From: the human T2T-CHM13v2.0 reference genome, Homo sapiens
Strand: one strand, 5' to 3'
Assembly (NCBI RefSeq): GCF_009914755.1
Contig: NC_060934.1
Length of the DNA: 64,000 nt
Both the position numbers and the translations under genes were made by a program. The notes under the pieces were generated by a model. It searched no databases, had not been told where the DNA came from, and was given only the letters and a program-made list of their open reading frames with translations. This document shows positions 52,719 to 64,000 of this stretch, in pieces; the stretch's first letter is position 1; each line of letters opens with the position of its first letter.

Positions 52719-55700
52719 GTAATAATCACATTTTCAGCATTGAGCATTTAAAAGAGCAAAGCTAGAATAAGTGAACGATGACCTGGGTTGTTCAGCTTTG
52801 TGTTTCTGTTACCCTGAGTGACTCACGTGGTCTGTCTTACTGGGCTAGAGCTATTCTATGTTCAAAGAGAAAAGGTAGTCAATGTTTGTTTTGCACTGAG
52901 GTCTGTCATATGGTAATTTACTGCTTATTTTTATTTTATACACTGTTTTTATATGCTGTTTCTGTGTATTGCCCAGCTTGGCAGAATATATAAAACTCAA
53001 CAGTGAAGAACACTGCCTGGCAGTTCCCTTTCTAGGAGATGACTGCAGTGAGAATGGTTTCTCCATTTATTTCTGTGGTTGAAGAAATCTTTTATTCTTC
53101 TACTAGACGTGATCAAAAGAAACATTTGTGGTAACAGCACCTAAAGATGGGGTGTATGAAAACTGTTGGGAGAGTACTGCTGAGCTGCCGCGTGGTCTTG
53201 AGCATGACACAGTAATACTGGTCCTGGACTTAATACAATGCCCTGCACAACTCTCACCTCTAGGAAAATTATCTGAAAGGAAAAATAACTTTATTCTAAG
53301 GAAAACCTAGAACCTCACAAGAAAAATTTTAAATTTTTGGTCCGTGTTAATATGCATCAGATTTGTATCAAAATGATAGGGGTGGCCCTCTGACACGGAA
53401 GTGGGCAAAATGGAGACATTTTTTCTAGACTGAGCTATTTCTACACTGGAAGAAAACTTGTATTCCAAGACTACTAAGTGTGTTAATAAGGAGTAGTCAC
53501 ATAAAATTTTTGTCTAAATTTGATCAACTATACGTTGTAAGAATTTACAGAGAAACACCTTGAAGACCATCGACAGGAGTGGTTCACTTTGTAATGCAAA
53601 TTGGCATGAAGGAGAAGTAAGGAAAAGCACAACACGGAAGCTCTAGCCTTGGTAAACCTTGAGTGCCTGCACAGCAAACAGAGGATCAGGGTTGGCATCA
53701 GGGGAAGGTAGTGCAACCTGGCATCTAGTTCCTTTTAATTTCACTAGAAAAAGAAAGCTTCAGAAAAGCTTATATTAAAATAGAAAATTGTTTCATTTAC
53801 GGTTTTGTCATTTAAAAAATATACCTTTCAAATCTTTATCCAAATTTGGTAGATAAGTCAATAATTTTAAATTTCACTGAAATTATATCGTTTCTAAAAG
53901 AGTTGGTCTTATTTTTTAGGGATAAAGCGTACCTTACTAATCTCTCACAGGTCGCAGTTAATTTCTTAGGTATAAATCTACATCCTTGGAATGTATGTCT
54001 TTACTCCTAGTATTTAGTTCTGTCATGCACACAGAATGGCTAATGGCTGTGTAGAAAGGAGTTAACACAATAGACTGCCACCCGTAGATGCGCCTGTTTT
54101 CAAAGTTGGAGCCTGGCTGGTATCTGAGAAGTTGAATTTCTCACCCCTTCCTAACTGATAAGGGTAGCATCTATAATTAACTGGTTGTACAAAGTGTGGG
54201 GTTTCTGTATACCTGCTTTCTTTACAAGACCGGAAGTTTGGTGTGTGCTATACAGACTGGGTCAATTTAACCAGCACCCAGTTAAAATCTTGGGAATTGA
54301 GTCTCCAAATAGCATCCCTTGTAGTCAACATTTCCCCTATGTTGCCAAAATGTGATGCTGGAGGAAGTCAGTGTGTTTCCTGAAACATCACTGAGAGACG
54401 AATCATAGGAACTTACACCGTATTCTTACCATAATTTCTTCCATGTGCCTTTTTCCATGTGTTAATTTCACTATATTAAAAATAATTAGGAGTGTGTATG
54501 CAGTGACTCATGCCTGTAATCCCAGCACTTTGGTAGGCCAAGGCAGGTGGATCCCTTGAGCTCCGGAGTTTGAGCCTGGGTAACATAGGAAATCCCATCT
54601 CTACCAAAAATACAAAAACTTAACCAGGCATTATCATGCCTGTCTGTGGTCCTAGCTATTTGGGAGGCCAAGGTGGGAGGATCACTTGAGCCCAAGGTAA
54701 AGAAGGTGGGGGTGGGGGCAGATTTTGTAGTGAGCCAAGATTGTCCCACTTCACACCAGCCTGGGTGACAGAGTGAGACTCTGTCTCAAATAATAATAAC
54801 TATTTATAAGTTGAGTCTTGTTAATTTTTCTAACAAATGACTGAATCTGAGGTTGTTGTTGGGAAACTCCATGCTAGTGATTAACCAGTAACTGCCTGGG
54901 ACTGAAGAGGTCCAGGGATACCCAATCTTTATTACTAACCAGGAAAGACTTCAGCAAATTGGGATGGGTTTATCACCCCACATATAGAACCAACCCAAGA
55001 CACGAGGATAATGTGATTTTTGTGAAGGTCAGTGCTGGTGCCTGAACTACTGATAGGGATGTGCTGGGAAGGGAAGAGCGTGGTCCCTTTAAATGATACA
55101 GAAAGCGGGAAGGGAAGTGCTGGCTAGAGGAGGACGTGGTCCCTGGCTACGGCTCCACCGCCTCGGACCTAGGTGAGGACAGGCATTTTTGTTTTCCTGC
55201 CCAAAAGTTGCATTTCCCAAGACCACCCTGGCCTGCCATGCCCCCATCCTGTGCCTATAAAAACCCCAAATCCTAACAAGGCAGAGACAGAACCGGGTGG
55301 ACTTTGAGAGGATCACATCGGCAGAGGAATACACAGGTGGCTAGACATCTAGAGAAATGCACCGAAAGGCACCAGTACGCCAGCGGGCCACCTACTGGCA
55401 GAAGCAGAATGACGCTGAGTTTGGCTGGGGCAGTCAGAAGACAGTCCAGGCTGCTGAGCAGCCGGACTCTAGGGGAAAACGTTCCTACTCCATCCCCTTC
55501 TGACTTCCCCCCAAGCTACCTCCACTCAATGAAACCCTGCACTCATTCACCAAGCCCAGATGTGATCCGATCCTTCCGGTAAACCAAAGCAAGAACTCAG
55601 GATACAGAAAGCCCTCTGTCCTTGCCATAAGGTAGAGGGTCTAATTGAGCTGGTTAACACAAGCCTGTAGATGGCAAAACTTAAAGAACAAAACTAAAAG

Positions 55701-58700
55701 AGCACCCTGTAACACATGCCCACTGGGGCTTCAGGAGCTGTAAACATCCACACCTAGACACTGTCAACGGGTCATAGTCCCACAACCTGCCCCCATCTGT
55801 ATGCTCCCCTAGAGGTCTGAGCAGCGGGGGCCTGAAGAAGCGAGCCACACCCCCACTGCACACCCTGTGAGGACAAGGGAACTTTTCCTGTTTCACTACC
55901 TCTCAAGCACATTGATCACCAAATACTACCTTTCGTTGCTCCTTCAGGTTCCGAGGAACAGAGCTGTAGAGGTCACCAAATTAGCAATAGAAGCTGGCTT
56001 CCGCCATATTGATTCTGCTTATTTATACAATAATGAGGAGCAGGTTGGACTGGCCATCCGAAGCAAGATTGCAGATGGCAGTGTGAAGAGAGAAGACATA
56101 TTCTACACTTCAAAGGTACTGTGCCTATGATGAGCATGTATGCACATGTATTTAATGGGATTGTGTGGAGATGACAATTCTGTAACTGGTTCAGTAGTTG
56201 TGGGTGAATTGTGCTTATTAGTTCCAATTTATTCACACATATTCAGGTATTAAAGCTAAAATAAAAGGCAGAGAATGATGATGCCTTTCTCATCATTGTT
56301 GTGTTCAAATTTACTACTTGAAAGTTACTTTAGGTTTTGAGCCTCAGCTCAGATCAGTATAATTATTTTATGAATTCATATTTTAATTTCAACAGGTTTT
56401 GGGGTACAAGTGGATTTTGGTTACATGAATCAATTCTACACTGGTGATTCTGAGATTTAAGTGAAGCTGTCAGGCGATCACTGGACATCGTACTCACTAT
56501 GTAGGCTTTTATCCCTCACCTCACTCCCAACCTAACCCACACTGAGTCTTGAAAGTTCATTATATAATCTGTATGTCTATACATCCTCGTAGCTTAGTTC
56601 CCACTTATAAGTGAGAATGTACAGTGTTTGGTTTTCCATTCCTGAATTACTTTACTTAGAATAATGGCCTCAAGCTCCAAGTTCCTGCAAAATATATTAT
56701 TTCATTCCTTTTTATATATACACTATTCCATGATGTATATATATATATACCACATTTTCATTATTCATGCATTGGTTGATGGGCACTTGGATTGGTTTCA
56801 TATTTCTACAATTGTGAATCATACTGCTGTAAACATGTGTGGGTATGTGTTTTTTATATATAATGACTTCTTTTCTTTTTGGTAGATACCAGTATTAGGA
56901 TTGCTGAATCAAATGGTAGATCTACTTTAAGTTCTTTAAGGAATCTCCATACTGTTTTCCATAAAGATTACACTCATTTACATTCCTACCAGCCGTGTAA
57001 AAGTGTTCTCTTTTTACTACATTCATGCCAACTTCTACTGTCTTTTCAGCTTTTTAATTATAACCATTCTTGCAGAAGGTGATATCTCATTGTGATTTTA
57101 ATTTGTACTTCCCTGATTATTAGTTATGTTGAGCATTTTTTCATATGTTCGTTGGCTGTTTGTATACTTCTTTTGAGAAATGTCTATTCATGTTATTTGC
57201 CCACTTTTCAACAGGGTTATTTGTTTTTATCTTGGTGACTTGAGTTCCTTGTAGATTCTGGATAATCAGTCCTTTGCTGGATGCATAGTTTGCAAAAACT
57301 TTCTTCCATTCTGTAGGTTGTCTGTTTACTCGCATGATTATTTCTTTTGCTGTGCAGAATCTTTTTAGTTTAATTAGGTCCCATTTATTTTTGCTTTTTG
57401 TGCATTTGCATTTTGGGGTCTTAGAGACAAATTCTTGGCTGAGGCCAATGTACAGGCCAATGTTAAGAAGAGTTTTCCAATGTTATCTTCTAAAATTTTT
57501 ATGGTTTCAGGTCTTAGACTTAAGTCTTTGATCCATCTTGTGTTGGTTTTTGTATAAGGTGAGAGATGGCTTCCAGTTTTATTCTTATACATGTGGCTTA
57601 ACAGTTGTCCCAGCACCATTTATTGAATAGGGTTATTTTCCCTAATTTATATTATTGTTTGCTTTGTTGAACAAAGATTAGTATTTGCCCTAATTTCTGT
57701 GTTCTCTATTCTGTTTCATTGATCTAAGTGCCTATTTTTTATACCAGTACCATGCTGTTTGTATAACTATAGTCATGTAGTATAATTTGAAGTCTGGTAA
57801 TGAAATACCTCCAGATTTCTTCTTTTTGCTTAGTATTGCCTTGGCTATTGAGGCCCTTTTGTGGTTCCATATGAATTTGGAATATGGCCATTTTTATACT
57901 ATTGATTCTTTCTATCCATAAGCATGGGATGTGTTTCCATTTGTTTATGTATCATTTCTTTTTAGTAGTGTTTTGTATTTTTTTGTAGAGATCTTTCATC
58001 TCTTTGGTTAAGCATATTCTTAGGGATTTTATTTGCAGCTGTTGTAAATGGAATTCTTAATTTGACTCTCAACATGGTTGTTGTTGGTGAATAGCAGTGC
58101 TACTAATTTCTGTAAACGGATTTTGTAACCTGAGACTTTACTGAATTTGTTTGTCGGAGGAGCTTTTTGGATGAGGCTTTGGGGTTTTGTAGGTATATGA
58201 TCATATTACTGGCAAACAGCAATACTTTGGCTTATCCTTTTCCAGTTTGGATTCCCTTTATTTTTTTTACCTTGCCTGATTACTCTGGCTAGGACTTCCA
58301 GTACTATGTTTAATAGAAGTGGTAAAAATTGGGCATCCTTGTCTTATTCCAGTTTTCAGGGGAATGCTTTCAATTTTTCTCCATTCAGTATGATGTTGGC
58401 TATGGATTTGTTATATATGCATTTTATGCCTAGTTTGTTGAGGGTTTTTATCATAAATGGATGTTGGATTTTATTAATTGCTTTTTTGCATCTATTGAAA
58501 TGATCCTATGGTTTTGGTTTTTAATTCTCTTTGTGTGGTATATCATATTTATTGGCTTGTATATATTATAGCATCCCTGCACCTATGGGATGAAACCCAC
58601 TTGATCATGATATATTTTTGATGTGCTGATGGATTTGGTTAGCTAGTATTTTCTTGAGGATTTTTACATCTGTATTCATCAGGGAGATTGGTCTATAGTT

Positions 58701-58702
58701 TT

Positions 58703-58746
<44 letters not shown>

Positions 58747-61700
58747 GTCCTTTCCTGGTATTGGTATTTGGTGATACTGGCTTCATAGAATAATTTAGGC
58801 AGGATTCCCTCTTTCTCTGTATTTTTGAATAGTTTCAGTAGGATTGGTACCAGTTCTTCTTTGAACATCTCCTGTGGAGATAGCAACTTTGGCTTTCAAG
58901 CTATTCCCCTCCCCATCCACCTTCAAGGCCAGGTGCCAGCCTTCTGCATTTGTCTGCAGCACACTTCCTGCTTTCCCCCGGGGTTCTGGCCAAGGGGGCT
59001 CATTCCCACTTGAGATAATATTAATATCATGAAATTCAGTTAGGAGCTTCTTTCGATCTGTGACATGTGGCTGAACTCCCCAAGTTCAAGTTGGCTGACT
59101 TTGCTGATGTCCCCTGTGAGATAAAATAAGAAATGGCTTCCCTCAGTCCATGCTGGAGACTGGTAATACCTTTGTGACACTTGTCACTGCCGCTTCTACT
59201 TTATTTCTCACCTCTCCCTAAATCAGCTTTGGGCCTGGGTAGGGTTAAGGCCTTACCCATGGCCTGAATTCTCAGATTCCCTGGTGGGGAAGAGTATTCT
59301 GGAGGCAGTTTCTCCCCTTCTCACACTCTGGGCACTTACAGTTTTTCATCTGTCTCACAGTGTTGGCTGTAGCCTGCCACTTCTTTCAAAGGGTCTGTGA
59401 ATTTTCACTTTTCCTATTAAGTTCCTGCATTGCTTCTTGGAAAAAAGTTTGCAGTGTGAATCTCTATATGCTATTCTGTCTTTCCAAGTGGGAGAGGCAT
59501 GCTAACACTGCCTCCAATCCACAATCTTGGGAACAAAAAACTCAGACCAGGATGGTTTAACATAGACTACAGATTCAGAGAGACCTATAATCAATATTTT
59601 AGTTTTTCTTATGTCTGGGATGACTTTCTTCAATATCTTATTCTGAATCTCAATTGTCCTTTTCAGTGAAGAGTGTGGGAGGCAGGGAGATGCAACATAA
59701 GGATGTTATGAGTATGAAACAACAGATAACAGAAGTATCTTGAATGATTGCTCAACACATGTCAGCACGTAAAAACTTTTTGCTCTTCAGTTTCTAAACA
59801 GGAATGCTTATTCTTGCCCATCGGGTTCAATGGATGAGAAAAATTAGACTATTCAAATGCTTTATAATTTCTCTCAAACACAGTTCAGATCATCAGAATT
59901 ACTTGATATCAATTTTTACCTACTGAAAATTTTAATTCCATTGTTCAGCAGTTGTACTAACTATATATGCAATATGTAGCTTTCATATAGGTAGGTCATA
60001 TCAAAATAAAACAAAGGGAATTTTTGCCAGAGGTCATCTGTTTGGAACGGTGAAAAATGTCTAAATATTAGGTGAAGCAAACTAATAAAACTAGCTCATG
60101 TTTTTATTCAACATAAATCCTTTATTTTACCATGCAGCTTTGGTGCACTTTCTTTCAACCACAGATGGTCCAACCAGCCTTGGAAAGCTCACTGAAAAAA
60201 CTTCAACTGGACTATGTTGACCTCTATCTTCTTCATTTCCCAATGGCTCTCAAGGTAGGGAATTTGTGAGATCAACTTCTCTTCTGTTCTCAGCATGACC
60301 ATCCTTTATGATGGTTGAATTGAACTTCTTCTAAGGAGGGTGTAGGTGTTATTACATGGCAGAAGAGTCCTAAGTATAATGACTAAGCCATTTTCTTGAA
60401 GAGTACAACCTTCCTTCTGTAACGTATGATGACAAGAGAAGACAGTACATCAACCTCAAAGCCTCTGCTTCAAAAATTCAAGAAAATAACAACAGCCACC
60501 TTCAAGGCTCTGTCTTAATTAGGGTTCCTGAGTCCATCTCTTAGGATCTTCACAGATACAGAGATCCATGCAGCTGTGGTACCCCAAAAAAACTGCTGCA
60601 CATGTGGTGTACAGTGAGTTTCCATTATCTTTCCCCATTTTAAGCTGAAGTAGATTTGGTGGAACTCACTCTGGGTGAGTTTTAAAAAGGAAACCATAAT
60701 AGGACCTGAGAATCCTTGCCTTTTTCACTAAGGCTTGTTTCACAATGGAGTTTGTAGCTTTGCCTAGTCATGAATTTCGGTTGTGCATAACTTTTAAATT
60801 TATAGAAAAAAAACTCAGGCTAGTTTATTTAAAAAAGAGTTTATTGCATGATGCAAATGGGTAGTCACTGCCATGAATACATTTCAAGATTTGACGTAGA
60901 CTCTAAAAATGTGACCTTTCTCCATAATTATCTATGAACTCCAAGAAGTTTTCTGGATTTTTGTCCCAGCCTTTTTGATTGTTGGCAATGATAGCTTTGA
61001 GGCAGCTCAATGCTCATGGTGATTAACATAAAAGAACCTCCGTGGGTCTTACAACTTTCAAATTAATACTGAAAAGAACTTCCATTTGAACATGTTTAGC
61101 TTATGATCCTGCTCATGGACTATCAAGTCTTCAGGGGGATAAGGAACTCTTATTGTATCACCTGGATCAAGAATACAATCCCTTATTGCTGGATATCAAG
61201 GGCTGTTTGAGTCAAAGAGAGGCATTTCCCCCAAAAAAATTATAGGATCAGACAAAAGTAACAGAAGTCGACTGTGAACCCCCATTAAAACCTGTAAAAT
61301 GGTTATTAATATATATAATGGAAGTAGAAGATTAAAGGAAGCCTGTCTCCTAAAGACATTCCTTAAAACTCTGTACGTGAAACACTTGGCCCACATCACT
61401 TTCTAGAACATTTCAGCACCTACCTCACGGTGGATTATTATCCTAAAATGTACATGGGAGCATGCCTATGGGTGGAAAAGTTAAATGGTGACACTAAAGT
61501 GACTGCTTCTACTTCAGCCAGGTGAGACGCCACTACCAAAAGATGAAAATGGAAAAGTAATATTCGACACAGTGGATCTCTCTGCCACATGGGAGGTGAG
61601 TGCTTGGAGGACAGAGTACAGAAAAGGAAGACAAGAAGAGGTAAACCTGTTCCCCAGCTTTCATATGCAACATTGGAATATGCACCATTGGAACTAGAAA

Positions 61701-62158
61701 TTAAGGAGCTTGACAAAGGAAGTTTTGCTGAGTGGTAGGGAAGAATACATGACTGAAATAGAATAGCAGGAAATGAAGGAGATAAACTGGGGACAAGGAA
61801 GACAGATATTCCTCCCGCTCCATGGACATTTATCTCTCCAGCTTCCTAAAGAGGATACACAAATTCTTCTTGCTGTCACTATCCTTTTGTTATCTGTTGT
61901 AATTTTTTCTCTTGAGAATCACTGCTATTTTCATTGTCATATCTTAACAGTTGTTGCTTTAACAGTTCTGTCTTGCATTTATCATAATCTGCAGCCAACT
62001 GCACAAATAATTCCTCACAACCCCTTTCTCCCCAGGTCATGGAGAAGTGTAAGGATGCAGGATTGGCCAAGTCCATCGGGGTGTCAAACTTCAACTGCAG
62101 GCAGCTGGAGATGATCCTCAACAAGCCAGGACTCAAGTACAAGCCTGTCTGCAACCAG
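52635..62158 (+). CDS. AKR1C4: AKR1C4 (3-alpha-HSD type 1 / chlordecone reductase), exons 1-5, aa 1-190; partial
   Basis: [24 protein letters not shown]...; tetrad D50/Y55/K84/H117; paralog-specific [18 protein letters not shown]. Confidence 0.97.
54050..54480 (+). mobile_element. MER21-like LTR fragment
   Basis: 'tgtagaaaggagttaac' start and 'aaaatcttgggaattgagtctc' motif; tentative. Confidence 0.5.
54489..54800 (+). mobile_element. Alu (AluJ-like)
   Basis: Diverged dimer with 'ggatcacttgagccca'. Confidence 0.9.
55051..55895 (+). mobile_element. Solo LTR (LTR1-family, ERV1), sense to AKR1C4
   Basis: TG...CA termini with a perfect 4-bp TSD CTAC (55047-55050, 55896-55899); internal cctataaaaa TATA near 55256. 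Confidence 0.88.
55948..56115 (+). CDS. AKR1C4: AKR1C4 exon 2
   Basis: 168 nt, VPRNRAVE...FYTSK, cag/gtactg. Confidence 0.97.
56370..59540 (-). mobile_element. Older L1 (L1PB/L1MA-type), fragmented, in AKR1C4 intron 2
   Basis: Antisense 3'UTR and ORF2 homology (RVNRQPTEW); 58870-59540 resembles old L1 5' sequence (less certain). Confidence 0.8.
58707..58742. repeat. (TG)18 microsatellite
   Basis: Read directly from the sequence. Confidence 0.97.
60138..60254 (+). CDS. AKR1C4: AKR1C4 exon 3
   Basis: 117 nt, LWCTFF...LHFPMALK, cag/gtaggg. Confidence 0.97.
61518..61595 (+). CDS. AKR1C4: AKR1C4 exon 4
   Basis: 78 nt, [26 protein letters not shown] (Ser145), cag/gtgagt. Confidence 0.97.
62036..62158 (+). 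CDS. AKR1C4: AKR1C4 exon 5
   Basis: 123 nt, VMEKCKDAG...KPVCNQ, cag/gtgagc. Confidence 0.97.
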
Positions 62159-64000
62159 GTGAGCACCCTCAGCCTCCTCTCCTTTCTCTTCTCAATGTCC
62201 ATCTTCCTGTCCTACTGCCTGGCTTCCATTTGTTTTGTTCCACTTACATTTGTGAAACAGAAGATTCTAGAAAGCAAAACATCTGTCTAGAAGAAAACGG
62301 AAGACCCTTAATTGCACCTCTTCTTGGAGAAGTCTTAATGAAAATGGTACAGAGACCTTCATGCTAAATTGTGTGTACTATTTTGGGGGGAGGTGAATTT
62401 CATCAAGGAGGACTGAAATGGTTAATCAGAACTCAGGGAGAAGGTGGACTTATCTCTAAGGTATGAAAGACCACCAGAGAGTGGATTGGTAAAGATGATT
62501 TGGAGTAGAATGTATATAATTATAGAGGCCATAAAAACATGGGATGAGCAATAAATCAGGAGACAGTGAGAATAAGAGAAGATCGGTACTACGGGTTTAA
62601 ATAGGGTTTAGATGTCTGAATGCTTTTTGTCATCTCTGTTTTCATAGTTCTTGAGCAGGTACTAAAAATTAACTGGAAACAATGAAAGTCATCCAGGTTA
62701 GGGAGAGGAAGTTACCCGTTTATGAGAGTTGCTTGAGAGATAAGCTGAAAGGATGTGGCGTGCTACCCCCACCCCTGCCTCGTGTAGAAAAGCCTGCCAA
62801 TGTTGCCTCATTTAGACCCAGACTCCAAAACGGGAGTCTTATAGCTGGGCCACCTAGGAAGAGAGGTTCTAAAGCATAAAAAAGAAAGCATTTCATTTTG
62901 GGACACTTATTTGCAGCTGGAAATGGGGGAATGGGCTAACTGGCTAAACTACTATCTTGTCCATCCTGCCTTCACTTCAGTCCTTCCACATTGTTATTTG
63001 GTGTTTGGACTGTGCTAGAAGAACTGTTTTATACAGGCTGCTATTCAATAAATTTGTAAATACCATACCCACACCAAAGGATTTAACACTGAAAAGATTA
63101 AGGTAATTTTGGAAAATTCTAAAAGTCACTTTTCACTCCTGAGATGTAGGTGGTCAGAAGAAATGAGGAACTCTGTAGAAGCCATATGCAAGATGCACAG
63201 ATGGCATTGTGTTTGTTGTGGACTGTTGATGTTAACAGGATGGAAGAAGTCAAAACTGAACTTTATAAAATAGGGTATAAGAAAATAAAGATGTCCCTGT
63301 ACTTACAGGTGCTAAGAAACTAGACTTGAAGAACTTGTCTCTCTCAGAAATTGAGAAATTGTTAGCAATGGTTGAACTAAGCTCATCAACTCCTTGGCAT
63401 TTGCAGCCTACCTGTGCAATCATAGGACATGAAATAAAGGAAGGACTTGAGAAACTCCATGATGTGATAATGAAGAGAAAAATATTGCAGTAATATAAAA
63501 AGATGAATATGATACCTTTTCTATATATGTAGAATAGATTTTCTCTGGTCTGATTTTGACAAATACAAGACTGTCTACAGCCTAGTTTTCCTGTATGCCC
63601 TCCTGGGTGCTATCAAAGCTTCATTTCATTGAACAATCAGATGCCCAACTCTGTGGCTTTGTGGAAGATGAGTAAATGCAGTAATGCTTGAAATGGTCTC
63701 TTCTCCCTAGCCCACAAATATTTTGGTACTATCATTTTGGGAAGTCAAGCAAGTATAGTAAATTAACCAGAACACAATTGTGGAAATTTGATGCAAAGTT
63801 AGTGAAATAAAACTTTAAAGAGTGAAAAAAAGAAAGTTAACTATTTATGGAGATAACTAGTTATGGTGGATGAAATCAACACTGAGGAAAATTTAGCAGA
63901 ACATTGAGCTGACCTTTTGACTGTCCACATCTTATTCTGATGCACTGCTTTGCTTTCTGTCATCAAATCAACTGTTTAGAAGCATTTATTCTGCGTATGG

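Noticed and set aside
62159-64000. AKR1C4 exon 6
   Set aside because: No VECHPY-coding sequence found; it must lie beyond the window.

Overview
Primate (very likely human) genomic DNA from the AKR1C aldo-keto reductase cluster (10p15 in human). Two genes sit head-to-head with ATGs 11.8 kb apart. On the minus strand is AKR1C8 (AKR1C8P/AKR1CL1), whose nine exons I can splice with canonical GT-AG sites into an uninterrupted 326-aa ORF (40876 to 8590) with the catalytic tetrad intact. On the plus strand are AKR1C4 exons 1-5 (52635-62158; the gene continues beyond the window), with a TATA box and an HNF4+HNF1 module. About 22.1 of the 23.3 kb of AKR1C8 intron 1 is one nested stack: a G-to-A hypermutated ERV1 provirus (GAAT TSD, tRNA-Gly-like PBS) containing a truncated L1 with an apparent 3' transduction, a ~333-bp locally templated insertion, an antisense ERV, a full-length L1PA3-like element with an open ORF0, and an Alu. 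The rest is L1, Alu, LTR, L2/MIR and microsatellite sequence. No prokaryotic-type systems, RNA genes or CRISPR arrays were seen. Repeat subfamily names come from recalled consensus motifs and need Dfam confirmation.
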